Origin: Alphaproteobacteria bacterium
GTDB taxonomy: Bacteria; Pseudomonadota; Alphaproteobacteria; UBA828
Assembly (NCBI GenBank): GCA_965221125.1
Contig: CBDCRW010000003.1
Coordinates: 128,001 to 192,000 of the forward strand
Direction: 5' to 3'
Length of the DNA: 64,000 nucleotides
Under the pieces are notes generated by a model. That model was not told the origin of the DNA. It saw only the letters and a program-made list of their open reading frames with translations, and made no database searches. The translations under genes and the position numbers were made by a program. Shown here in pieces: positions 23,477-33,751 of the stretch; within the stretch, counting starts at the first letter, position 1, and each line of letters starts with the position of its first letter.

Positions 23477-24616
23477 ATGAGAAAGCCACTCAGCTTGTTG
23501 ACGGCGGCGGTTGCCGCGATGGCGCTGGCCACGGCCGCCCACGCCGAGACCCTCAAGGTCGGCATGATCACGACCCTTTCCGGCGGCGGCGCCGCCCTCG
23601 GAGTCGACGTGCGCGACGGCTTCATGCTCGCCGTCAACCAGGCCGGCGCCGATATCGAAGTGATCGTCGACGACGACCAGCGCAAGCCGGACATCGCCGT
23701 GCAGCTCGCCGACAAGCTGGTGCAGAGCGACAAAGTGGACGTGCTGACCGGCATCATCTGGTCGAACCTCGCCATCGCGGTCGTGCCCGCGGTGGTGCAG
23801 CAGGGCAAGTTCTACCTCTCGCCCAACGCGGGGCCCTCGCTCCTCGCCGGCGAACGCTGCCACGAGAACTACTTCAACGTCGCCTGGCAGAACGACAATC
23901 TGGCGGAGGCAGCGGGCGGCTACGCGAATGACGCGGGCTACAGCAACAGCTTCCTGCTCGCGCCCAACTATCCCGCCGGGCGGGACATGCTCACCGGCTA
24001 CAAGCGCTTCTACACGGGCGCCGTGGCCGACGAGGTCTACACCAAGTTGGGCGCGAGCGACTACGCGGCGGAGATCGCGCAGATCCGGGCGTCGGGCGCG
24101 GACAGCGTGTATTTCTTCCTGCCGGGCGGCATGGGAATCGCCTTCCTCAAGCAGTACGCGCAGGCCGGCGTCGACATCCCGCTCGTGGGCCCGGCCTTCT
24201 CCTTCGACCAAGGGATCCTGCAGGCCGTCGGCGAGGCCGCGCTCGGCGTGAGGAACACCTCGCAGTGGAACAAGGACATCGACAATCCGACCAACAAGGC
24301 CTTCGTCGAGACCTTCCAGGCCGAGTACGGCCGCCTGCCCTCGCTCTACGCGAGCCAGGGCTTCGATACGGCGAACCTGCTGATCTCGGCCATGGGCAAG
24401 GCCAGCGTCTCGGACGCAGACGCCTTCCGCGACGCCCTCAGGGCGGCCGATTTCGCGTCCACCCGGGGCAGCTTCGCGTTCGCGCCCAACCACCATCCGA
24501 TCCAGGACATCTACGTTCGCGAAGTGATCAAGGAAGGCGACGTCTACACCAACAAGATCGTCGGCGTGGCGATGACCGGCCACGGCAACGCCTATATCGA
24601 CGACTGCCAGATGTAG
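23477..24616 (+). CDS. ABC transporter substrate-binding protein (HAAT/LivK-like family)
   Basis: Signal peptide ending AHA-E, KVGMITTLSGGG, TGIIWSN, NAGPS, FFLPGGMG; start ATG 23477 after CAGGAGA. Confidence 0.9.
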   Translation: MRKPLSLLTAAVAAMALATAAHAETLKVGMITTLSGGGAALGVDVRDGFMLAVNQAGADIEVIVDDDQRKPDIAVQLADKLVQSDKVDVLTGIIWSNLAIAVVPAVVQQGKFYLSPNAGPSLLAGERCHENYFNVAWQNDNLAEAAGGYANDAGYSNSFLLAPNYPAGRDMLTGYKRFYTGAVADEVYTKLGASDYAAEIAQIRASGADSVYFFLPGGMGIAFLKQYAQAGVDIPLVGPAFSFDQGILQAVGEAALGVRNTSQWNKDIDNPTNKAFVETFQAEYGRLPSLYASQGFDTANLLISAMGKASVSDADAFRDALRAADFASTRGSFAFAPNHHPIQDIYVREVIKEGDVYTNKIVGVAMTGHGNAYIDDCQM

Positions 24617-24632
24617 CCGACACGCAGACCTG

Positions 24633-24667
24633 GAACGGGCCGCCCGGCGCGGCCCGTTCTTTGCTTT
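24633..24667 (+). terminator. Stem-loop after the substrate-binding gene (terminator or mRNA-stabilising hairpin)
   Basis: GAACGGGCCGC-ccggc-GCGGCCCGTTC, an 11-bp stem followed by TTTGCTTT. Confidence 0.6.
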
Positions 24668-24680
24668 GGGCGACTAGGAC

Positions 24681-25604
24681 TTGACGGCCTCGCTCATCGT
24701 CGAGCAGCTGCTGAACGGCCTGCAGTTCGGCGTCATGCTGTTCCTGATGGCGGCCGGGCTGACGCTGATCTTCGGCGTCATGGGTCTCATCAACCTCGCT
24801 CACGGCTCGTTCTACATGATCGGCGCGTTCGCCTGCGCGGCCGTCGCCGCCGCCACCGGCTCCTACTGGATCGGCCTCGCGGCGAGCCTGGCTGCGGCCG
24901 CCGCAGCGGGAGGTCTCGTGGAGGTCGCCGTCATCAGGCGGCTCTACCGCCGCGACCATCTGGATCAGGTGCTCGCGACCTTCGCCTTGATCCTGGTGTT
25001 CTCGGAGGGCACCCGCTGGGTGTTCGGCTCCTTTCCGCTCTATCTCGCCGTCCCCGAAATCCTCTCCGGGCCGGTGGCGCTGCCGGGCGGCATCGACTAC
25101 CCGCTCTTCCGGCTTGCGATCATCGTGGTCGGGATCGTGATCGCGGGCGGGCTCTTTCTCCTGATCGCGCGGACGCGCCTCGGCATCCGCATCCGGGCCG
25201 GCGAATCCGATCGCGAGATGATCGCAGCCCTCGGCGTCGATATCCGCAAGCTCTACACCACGGTATTCGCGCTCGGCGCGGCACTGGCGGGCTTCGCAGG
25301 CGCCCTGGTGGGCACGATCCAGTCTGTGCAGGTGGGCATGGGCGAACCCGTGCTGATCCTCGCCTTCGTCGTCATCATCATCGGCGGCCTCGGCTCCATC
25401 GGCGGCGCGCTGCTGGGCGCGATTCTGGTGGGGCTCACCGACACGCTCGGGCGCTTCCTGCTGCCGGTGCTGTTCGACACGTTCATGGATTCGTCGAGCG
25501 CCAACAGCGTCGGCTCGGCGATCGCCTCCATGCTCATCTACATCCTGATGGCGCTGGTCCTCTTCCTGCGCCCGACCGGCCTGTTCGGCACCAGGGCGCA
25601 CTGA
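24681..25604 (+). CDS. HAAT ABC transporter permease (LivH-like)
   Basis: QLLNGLQFG, GLTLIFGVMGLINLAHGSFYMIGA, RTRLGIRIRA, IIGGLGSIGGA; TTG start. Confidence 0.92.
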   Translation: MTASLIVEQLLNGLQFGVMLFLMAAGLTLIFGVMGLINLAHGSFYMIGAFACAAVAAATGSYWIGLAASLAAAAAAGGLVEVAVIRRLYRRDHLDQVLATFALILVFSEGTRWVFGSFPLYLAVPEILSGPVALPGGIDYPLFRLAIIVVGIVIAGGLFLLIARTRLGIRIRAGESDREMIAALGVDIRKLYTTVFALGAALAGFAGALVGTIQSVQVGMGEPVLILAFVVIIIGGLGSIGGALLGAILVGLTDTLGRFLLPVLFDTFMDSSSANSVGSAIASMLIYILMALVLFLRPTGLFGTRAH

Positions 25605-26584
25605 TGAGCCGGGAAGCCGCCATCAGTCTCCTGGTCGCGGCGGGGCTGCTCGCCGCGCCGCTCCTCGGCCACGCCTTCGACGAGCCCTTCGTCATCACGC
25701 TGGCGACGAAAGTGGCGATCCTGGGGCTGGCCGGCACCGGCCTCAACATCGCGCTCGGCTACGGCGGCATGGTCTCGCTCGGTCACGCGGCGTTCTTCGG
25801 GCTAGGCGGCTACGCGGCCGGCATCCTCGCGAGCCACGCGCTCAACTACGAGCCGCTCTTCACCGCGCCGCTGCTGGTCGAAGGCACGACGCAGATGCTG
25901 ATCATCTGGCCGGTCGCCCTCGCGGTGAGCGGCCTGGCGGCGCTGGTGATCGGCGCGCTTTCCTTACGCACCACCGGCGTCTTCTTCATCATGATCACGC
26001 TGGCCTTCGCGCAGATGGTCTACTACTTCGCCATCTCGTGGCCGGCCTACGGCGGCGAGGACGGGCTCTCGATCTACATCAGGAACGAGTTTCCGGGCCT
26101 CAACACGCTCGACCCGCTGCACTTCTTCGCCATCTGCTACGTGCTTCTCGGGTTCGCGATCGGCTTCTCCTTCCTGCTCTCGCACTCGCGCTTCGGGCAG
26201 GCGCTCAACGGTGCGCGGCAGAACGCGCAGCGGCTCGCCACGGTCGGCATCAGCCCCTTCCGCGTGAAGCTCACCGCCTTCGTCATCTCGGGCATGATGG
26301 CGGGGCTCGCCGGCGCGCTCTACGCCGACCTCAACCGCTTCGTGAGCCCGTCCATGCTGTCGTGGCACACGTCTGGCGAGATCATGGTGTTCGTGATCCT
26401 GGGCGGCACGCGGCGCCTCCTGGGCCCCGCCGCAGGGGCCGCCCTCTACATCGTGCTCGAGCACACGCTGGGCGACGTGAGCGAGCACTGGCTGCTGCTG
26501 CTGGGCGCGCTCCTGGTCGGGCTGGTGCTGTTCGCGCGCGGCGGCGTGATCGGCATTCTGGCGGGGCAACCCCGTCATGCCTGA
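25604..26584 (+). CDS. HAAT ABC transporter permease (LivM-like)
   Basis: GLNIALGYGGMVSLGHAAFFGLGGY, FIMITLAFAQM, GGEDG, SRFG, VILGG. Confidence 0.92.
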   Translation: MSREAAISLLVAAGLLAAPLLGHAFDEPFVITLATKVAILGLAGTGLNIALGYGGMVSLGHAAFFGLGGYAAGILASHALNYEPLFTAPLLVEGTTQMLIIWPVALAVSGLAALVIGALSLRTTGVFFIMITLAFAQMVYYFAISWPAYGGEDGLSIYIRNEFPGLNTLDPLHFFAICYVLLGFAIGFSFLLSHSRFGQALNGARQNAQRLATVGISPFRVKLTAFVISGMMAGLAGALYADLNRFVSPSMLSWHTSGEIMVFVILGGTRRLLGPAAGAALYIVLEHTLGDVSEHWLLLLGALLVGLVLFARGGVIGILAGQPRHA

Positions 26585-27341
26585 CCCGATCCTAGAGTTA
26601 GAGGGGCTCTCCAAGCGCTTCGGCGCGGTGGTCGCGAGCGACGACGTGACCCTCGACCTCGTGCCGGGCGAGATCCACGCGCTGATCGGGCCGAACGGCG
26701 CCGGCAAGTCCACGGTCATCAAGCAGGTCGCGGGCGAGATCCGGCAGGACAGCGGCTCCATCCGCTTCGCCGGCCGCGACATCGACCGCCTCGACATGGT
26801 GGCGCGCGCCAGGCTCGGACTCGCAAGGACCTTCCAGGTCTCCTCCGTCGCGCCCGAGTTCTCCGCGCTGCAGAACGTCATGCTCGCGGTGCAGTCGGTC
26901 GAACGGAAGACCTTCCGCTTCTTCAAGCCGGCGCTCCGCGAGGCATCGCTGACCGAGCCCGCGATGTCTTATCTCGTCCGCCTGCTGCTGGACGACCGGG
27001 CGGAGGTTCGCGCGGGCGACCTTTCCCACGGCGAGCGGCGGGCGCTGGAGATCGCCATCGCGCTCGCGCTCAAGCCCAAGGCCTTCCTGCTCGACGAGCC
27101 CATGGCCGGCATGGGGCCCGAGAACACGGCGACGCTGATCGGCATTCTCGACGGGCTGCGGGCGGAAGCCCCGATCCTGCTGGTCGAGCACGACATGGAC
27201 GCCGTGTTCGCGCTGGCGGACCGCATCTCCGTGATCGTCTACGGCCGCATCATCGCGAGCGGCACGCCGCAGGAGATACGTGCCAACGAAGAGGTGCGCC
27301 GCGCCTACCTCGGAGACGAGGGACATGACGGCGCTGCTTGA
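26577..27341 (+). CDS. HAAT ABC transporter ATP-binding protein (LivG-like)
   Basis: LIGPNGAGKST, GLARTFQ, LSHGERR, LLDEPMAG, LVEHDMD, VRRAYLG. Confidence 0.93.
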   Translation: MPDPILELEGLSKRFGAVVASDDVTLDLVPGEIHALIGPNGAGKSTVIKQVAGEIRQDSGSIRFAGRDIDRLDMVARARLGLARTFQVSSVAPEFSALQNVMLAVQSVERKTFRFFKPALREASLTEPAMSYLVRLLLDDRAEVRAGDLSHGERRALEIAIALALKPKAFLLDEPMAGMGPENTATLIGILDGLRAEAPILLVEHDMDAVFALADRISVIVYGRIIASGTPQEIRANEEVRRAYLGDEGHDGAA

Positions 27342-28014
27342 GGTCGCCGGCGTCACCGCCTTCTACGGCTCGTCGCAGGCGCTCTTCGGCGTGGACCTCG
27401 CCGTCGGCGAAGGCGAGGTGGTGGCGCTCATGGGGCGGAACGGCATGGGCAAGACGACCACCATCCGGACGATCTGCCGCATGATGCCGCACCGCGAAGG
27501 GCGCATCGCCTTCGCCGGCCACGACCTCGCCCGCCTGCCCTCGCACAAGGCGGCGTGGCTCGGCCTCGGACTGGTGCCGGAGGGCCGGCGCTGCTTCCCG
27601 ACGCTCACGGTGCGCGAGAACCTGACCGCCGCCGCCCGCAGCGGCCACTGGAGCGAGGAGCGGGTGATCGCGCTCTTCCCCCAGCTTGCCGAGCGCCGCC
27701 ATCAGAAGGCCAACACGCTCTCCGGCGGCGAGCAGCAGATGCTCGCCATCGGCCGGGCGCTCATGACCAATCCCCGCCTGCTCATCCTGGACGAAGCGAC
27801 GGAAGGGCTCGGCCCCCTCATCCGCCGGGAAATCTGGTCGGTGATCGCGCGGCTCAAGGAGGCCGGCCTCTCCATCCTCGTCGTCGACAAGTCCTTGAAG
27901 GAGCTCACCGCCACGGCAGAGCGCTGCGTCATCCTGGAGAAGGGAACGACCTGCTGGTCCGGCACGAGCGCCGATCTCACGCCGGAAACCACGGACCGAT
28001 ACCTGGGAGTGTAG
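27325..28014 (+). CDS. HAAT ABC transporter ATP-binding protein (LivF-like)
   Basis: MGRNGMGKTT, VPEGRR, LSGGEQQMLAIGRALM, LDEATEGL, RYLGV. Confidence 0.93.
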   Translation: MTALLEVAGVTAFYGSSQALFGVDLAVGEGEVVALMGRNGMGKTTTIRTICRMMPHREGRIAFAGHDLARLPSHKAAWLGLGLVPEGRRCFPTLTVRENLTAAARSGHWSEERVIALFPQLAERRHQKANTLSGGEQQMLAIGRALMTNPRLLILDEATEGLGPLIRREIWSVIARLKEAGLSILVVDKSLKELTATAERCVILEKGTTCWSGTSADLTPETTDRYLGV

Positions 28015-28018
28015 ACCC

Positions 28019-28840
28019 TCAGAAGCCGATCGCCTTGAACGCCCTGGTCTGCGCAGTCATGGCGACCTCGGTGGGCAGGCGCTCCATGCTGCTGGCGCCG
28101 TAGAAGCCGTGGACGTGCGCCGCGTTCTGCAGCACATACGTGGCGTCCTCGGGCGAGGCGATGGGCCCGCCGTGGCAGAGCACGATCACGTCGTCCCGCA
28201 CGGCCTTGGCCGCGAGCGCCCACGCGTCGATGAGCCCCACGCACTCCTCCAGCGACTTCGCGGTCTGCGCGCCGATGCTGCCGCTGGTGGTGAGCCCCAT
28301 GTGGCAGACGATGATGTCGGCGCCCGCCTGCGTCATGGCGACCGCGTCGTCCTCGGAGAAGACGTAGGGCGTGGTCAGCAGGTCGGCCTCGTGGGCCGCG
28401 CGGATCATGTCGACCTCCAGGCCGTAGCCCATGCCGGTCTCTTCCAGGTTGGCGCGGAAGACGCCGTCGATCAGCCCCACGGTCGGGAAGTTCTGCACGC
28501 CGGCGAAGCCCAGCCCCTTCAGCTCGTCGAGGAAGCGGCCCGGCACCATGAAGGGGTCGGTGCCGTTGACGCCGGCCAGCACCGGCGTGCGGCTCACCAC
28601 GGGGATCACCTCGTGCGCCATCTCCTTCACGATCTCGTTGGCGTTGCCGTAGGCGAGCAGGCCCGCGAGCGAGCCGCGGCCGGCCATGCGGTAGCGGCCG
28701 GAGTTGTAGATCACGATGAGGTCGATGCCGCCGGCCTCCTCGCACTTGGCCGAGAGCCCGGTGCCCGCGCCGCCGCCGATGATCGGCTCGCGGCGGGCGA
28801 CCATGCCGTGGAACTTGTCGAGAAGGCTGCGGCGATCCAT
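28019..28840 (-). CDS. TIM-barrel protein, phosphoenolpyruvate hydrolase-like family (resembles the Tm-1 C-terminal domain)
   Basis: [65 protein letters not shown]. Confidence 0.9.
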   Translation of the reverse strand: MDRRSLLDKFHGMVARREPIIGGGAGTGLSAKCEEAGGIDLIVIYNSGRYRMAGRGSLAGLLAYGNANEIVKEMAHEVIPVVSRTPVLAGVNGTDPFMVPGRFLDELKGLGFAGVQNFPTVGLIDGVFRANLEETGMGYGLEVDMIRAAHEADLLTTPYVFSEDDAVAMTQAGADIIVCHMGLTTSGSIGAQTAKSLEECVGLIDAWALAAKAVRDDVIVLCHGGPIASPEDATYVLQNAAHVHGFYGASSMERLPTEVAMTAQTRAFKAIGF

Positions 28841-28871
28841 GCCCGGCACTGGCGGTCTCCCTGGCTCTCGG

Positions 28872-30071
28872 TCAGTCGGCGATCTCGGTCCAGCTCTCGA
28901 CGAGAGCCTGAGCGAAATCGGCGTCGTTGATGTGATGCGGCAGGCGGACCAGGCGCCTCGCGTCGGTCTGCACGACCGTGCGCTCCAGCGCCTCGAACAG
29001 CGCCGCGTCTGCGTCCGGGTCGTGGAACGGCATCCCCGGCGCGTCGATGAGCGAGACCCCCTTCTCTGGGATCAGGAAGCGCACCGGCCCCTCGCAGGCG
29101 TTGAGCCTGGCGCCGATCCACTCGCCCATGGCCCGGTTCTCGTCCGCCGTCGTGCGCATCAGGGTCACGTTGGGATTGTGGATGTGGAAGGTGCGGCCTT
29201 CGTACTGCGCCGGCACGGTCTCGCGCGCGCCGAAGTTCACCATGTCGAGCGCGCCGCAGGAGCCAACGTAGGGCAGGCCGGTCCGCGCGAAGGCGCCGAG
29301 GCGATCCTCGCCAGCGCTGAAGACCCCGCCCATGAGGTGGTCGCAGACTTCCGTCGTGGTGCTGTCGATGCAGCCCAGCACGAGGCCGGAATCGACCAGC
29401 TTCTCCATGGATTGTCCGCCGGTCCCGGTCGCGTGGAACACCAGGCAGTCGTAGCGCGCCTCCAGCGCGGCGCGGACCTGGTCTACGCAGGGCGTGGTCA
29501 CGCCGAACATGGTGAGCCCGATGGCGGGCTTGTCCTCGGCCGCCGGCGCGTCCGCCCGCATCATGCCGGCGAGCGCGTGGGCCGCGTTGGCGAGCACCAC
29601 GCGGGAGATCCGGTTGAGCCCGGCGACATCCACAACCGAGTACATCATCGTGATGTCGTTGGGGCCGACGTAGGGCGCGACGTTGCCCGACGCCACGGTG
29701 GAGACCAGCACCCGCGGCACCCCGATGGGAAGCGCCTGCATGCCGATGGAGACGAGCGCCGTATTGCCCGACCCCCCTGCGCCGATCACGCCGCCCACGT
29801 CCGCGCATGTCGGTAGGAAGCGCGCTAGCGCCGCGCCCATGGCGGCCACCGCCTGCCCGCGATCCTCGAGGCTCAGCACCGCCTCCGCGCCATCCGGATG
29901 GTGGGCGGCGACCTCCGCCGCGCTCACGTCCACATCCGCCGGCCTGGAGCCCGTGCCGGTGCCGACATCCACGACGCAGGCCCGCACGCCGTCCGCCGCC
30001 AGCAGGTCGCGGATATAGAGCAGCTCCGCGCCCTTGGTATCCAGGGTGCCGACGATATAGGCCCGTGCCAT
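28872..30071 (-). CDS. Tm-1-like ATP-binding domain protein (UPF0261)
   Basis: [88 protein letters not shown]. Confidence 0.92.
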   Translation of the reverse strand: MARAYIVGTLDTKGAELLYIRDLLAADGVRACVVDVGTGTGSRPADVDVSAAEVAAHHPDGAEAVLSLEDRGQAVAAMGAALARFLPTCADVGGVIGAGGSGNTALVSIGMQALPIGVPRVLVSTVASGNVAPYVGPNDITMMYSVVDVAGLNRISRVVLANAAHALAGMMRADAPAAEDKPAIGLTMFGVTTPCVDQVRAALEARYDCLVFHATGTGGQSMEKLVDSGLVLGCIDSTTTEVCDHLMGGVFSAGEDRLGAFARTGLPYVGSCGALDMVNFGARETVPAQYEGRTFHIHNPNVTLMRTTADENRAMGEWIGARLNACEGPVRFLIPEKGVSLIDAPGMPFHDPDADAALFEALERTVVQTDARRLVRLPHHINDADFAQALVESWTEIAD

Positions 30072-30102
30072 CCTGCTTCCCCCGGGTGGTCCGCCCGCCC
30101 GC

Positions 30103-31440
<1,338 letters not shown>

Positions 31441-31590
31441 GGGCCGGACACCCGGTATCGTGGTTGCGTCGAGGCGCGCGATCCTAGCTCGGTTTCCCGT
31501 CAGGGACACGGACTGTGTCGCCCGCGCCGCCCGCCGCCGGTCCGCCCGCGCGAGCCCGCGAGGCGAACGGCGCGAAGAAAGGTTTTTTCC

Positions 31591-31731
31591 GGCCTATAGC
31601 GGCCTATAGCGGTCCAAAGTGGCCCAAAGTGGACCAAATGGCGGCCCATAGCGGTCCAGTTGGCGGCCCATAGCGGTCCAGTTGGCGGCCCATAGTGGCC
31701 CATAGCGGCGCATGGTGGCCCAAATTGGTCC
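31591..31731. repeat. Degenerate tandem array of 14 units (10-12 bp), consensus GGYCCAWAGY
   Basis: ggcctatagc ggcctatagc ggtccaaagt ggcccaaagt ggaccaaatggc ggcccatagc ggtccagttggc ggcccatagc ggtccagttggc ggcccatagt ggcccatagc ggcgcatggt ggcccaaatt ggtcc. Confidence 0.9.
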
Positions 31732-31897
31732 GGGCGCCGTCGGCCGTTCAAGCGCTGCCGGCAGCCGCCCGACAGGCCCTCCCCCGAATTCCGGGTCCGC
31801 GCCTGCCGCGGCTCTCTTTGCCTCCCACTGCATGGCGCGATGGTGCCGCGCGCCGCGCGCTACCGGAACCGCACCATGGTCCGGGGAGCGACCCCTG

Positions 31898-32809
31898 CTA
31901 ACGCGCGTCGTCCCGCGCGTGCCAGTGGCGGGCGATGTCGATGCCGCGGCAGAGCCAGACGCGGTCGTGCGCCAGCACGTGGTCGACGAAGCGCCTGAGC
32001 GCCGCAAAACGCCCCGGCCGGCCCACCAGCCGGCTGTGCAGGCCGATGCTCATCATGCCGGGCTGCTGGGCGCCCTCCGCGTAGAGCACGTCGAAGGCAT
32101 CGCGCAGGTAGGCGAAGAAGGGCTCGCCCCAGTCGAAGCCCGGCGCGGTGGCGAAGCGGTGGTCGTTGTGGTCCGCCGTGTACGGGATCATCAGCAGCGG
32201 CCGGCCGGCCTCCTCCACCCAGTACGGCAGCTCGTCGGCATAGGAATCCTGACTGTAGAGGAAGCCTCCTTCCTCCGCCACCAGGCGCACGGTATTCGGG
32301 CTCCTGCGGCCGAGGAAGTAGCCCAGGGGCCGCGTGCCCGTCAGCTCCTGCTGGATCGCGATGGCCTTTTCGATGTGCGCGCGCTCCTCCGCCTCGGGCA
32401 CGGCGTGATAGTCGATCCAGCGGTAGCCGTGGCTCGCGATCTCCCAGTCCGCCTCCGTCATCGCGGCGACCGCCTCGGGGTTGCGGGCGAGCGCCATGGC
32501 GACGCCGAAGATCGTGACCGGCACGTCCCGCTCGGTGAAGAGCCGGTGCAGCCGCCAGAAGCCGACGCGGCTGCCGAACTCGTACATGGACTCGATAGGC
32601 AGCGCGCGCTCGCCGATGCGGGGCTCGGCGAAGCCGAACTCGGTGAGCAGCGTCTCCGAACCCGCATCGCCGTGGAGGATGCTGTTCTCCGCGCCTTCCT
32701 CGTAGTTGATGACGAACTGCACGGCGATGCGCGCATCGCCCGGCCAGCGCGGGTGCGGCCGCCTCCGGCCGTAGCCCACCATGTCGCGGGGATAGGGGGT
32801 GTCGGTCAT
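31898..32809 (-). CDS. Polysaccharide deacetylase family protein, PuuE allantoinase-like
   Basis: YPRDMVGYG, WPGDARIAVQFVINYEEG, ESMYEFGSRVGFWRL, ASHGYRW, SYADELPYW, MSIGLHSRLVGRPGR. Confidence 0.88.
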   Translation of the reverse strand: MTDTPYPRDMVGYGRRRPHPRWPGDARIAVQFVINYEEGAENSILHGDAGSETLLTEFGFAEPRIGERALPIESMYEFGSRVGFWRLHRLFTERDVPVTIFGVAMALARNPEAVAAMTEADWEIASHGYRWIDYHAVPEAEERAHIEKAIAIQQELTGTRPLGYFLGRRSPNTVRLVAEEGGFLYSQDSYADELPYWVEEAGRPLLMIPYTADHNDHRFATAPGFDWGEPFFAYLRDAFDVLYAEGAQQPGMMSIGLHSRLVGRPGRFAALRRFVDHVLAHDRVWLCRGIDIARHWHARDDAR

Positions 32810-32822
32810 GCGCGCCGAGGCC

Positions 32823-33677
32823 CTAGCGGAAGAGCGCCGCGTTCTCGCGGGCGAAGGTGCGGAAGTCGCGGGGCGCGCGCCCGGTCACGCGTTCCACCAC
32901 GTCGGTCACCGGCGCCCCGAACCCCTCGCGGAAGAGCCCGTCGATCTCGACCAGCGCATGCGCGGCCTCCGGCCCGATGCCGGCGGCGCCCAGCGCAGCC
33001 CGCGCGTCGGCGTCGCTGACGGAGACGTAGCGCACCTCCCGGCCCAGCTCTTCCGAGAGGATCGCCGCGCATTCGGCATAGGAGACCGCCTCAGGCCCGG
33101 TGATCTCGTAGGTCTCGCCCTCGTGCCCGTCCTCGGCCAGAGCGGCCACGGTGACCGCCGCCACGTCCTCGATCTCGACCAGCGAGATCCGGGCGTCGCC
33201 CACGGGCGCGTAGAATTCGCTCCGCTCCCTGATGAGAGGGGCGAAGCGGCGGAAATTCTGCATGAAGGCGTTGGGCCAGAGGTGGGTGTAGGGAATGCCG
33301 GACTCGTTGATGCGCCGCTCGATCACCCCGTGCCAGCGGCGGATGGTGGTGGGCGCGTCCGGCGCGGCCTTGATCGCTGACATTTTCACGATACGCCGGA
33401 TGCCGGCCCGCTTGGCGGCCTCGACCGCGCTCAGCTCCAGCTCCACCATCGCTTCGGAGAAGGCGCAGAGCAGCGAGAGGGTCTCGACCCCCTCGAACGC
33501 GGCATCGAGGGTCGAGGGCGCGGCGAAGTCGCCTTCGACGTAGTCCAGGTCGTCGCCGAACTGCCGGCGCGCCCGGCTCACGTCGCGGCTCATGATGCGG
33601 AACGGCTGCGCCTGCGCGCGAAGCTGGGCGACGGTGGCACTCCCCGTCGTGCCCGTCGCTCCGGTCAGCAGGATCAT
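32823..33677 (-). CDS. NmrA-like / atypical SDR NAD(P)-binding oxidoreductase
   Basis: ILLTGATGTTG, AAKRAGIRRIVKMS, PNAFMQN, YEITGPEAVSY, VERVTGRAPRDF. Confidence 0.88.
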   Translation of the reverse strand: MILLTGATGTTGSATVAQLRAQAQPFRIMSRDVSRARRQFGDDLDYVEGDFAAPSTLDAAFEGVETLSLLCAFSEAMVELELSAVEAAKRAGIRRIVKMSAIKAAPDAPTTIRRWHGVIERRINESGIPYTHLWPNAFMQNFRRFAPLIRERSEFYAPVGDARISLVEIEDVAAVTVAALAEDGHEGETYEITGPEAVSYAECAAILSEELGREVRYVSVSDADARAALGAAGIGPEAAHALVEIDGLFREGFGAPVTDVVERVTGRAPRDFRTFARENAALFR

Positions 33678-33751
33678 GACTGGCCCCCGGCGGCTGCTCC
33701 CGCGGGGATGCTAGTCGATGCCCGCCCTCCCCTCCAGGGCCGCCGTGCGCC

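Noticed and set aside
28019-28840. Linking the PEP-hydrolase-like TIM barrel to the pepM phosphonate locus
   Set aside because: It lacks the phosphonopyruvate hydrolase/PepM EDK motif, lies 9 kb away and is paired with the UPF0261 gene; the family name alone is not evidence.
31591-31731. Possible CRISPR array or short repeat-protein ORFs (31500-31751, 31594-32007)
   Set aside because: Units are 10-12 bp with no unique spacers and no cas genes were seen; the 10-bp period is not codon-compatible and the ORFs lack recognisable features.
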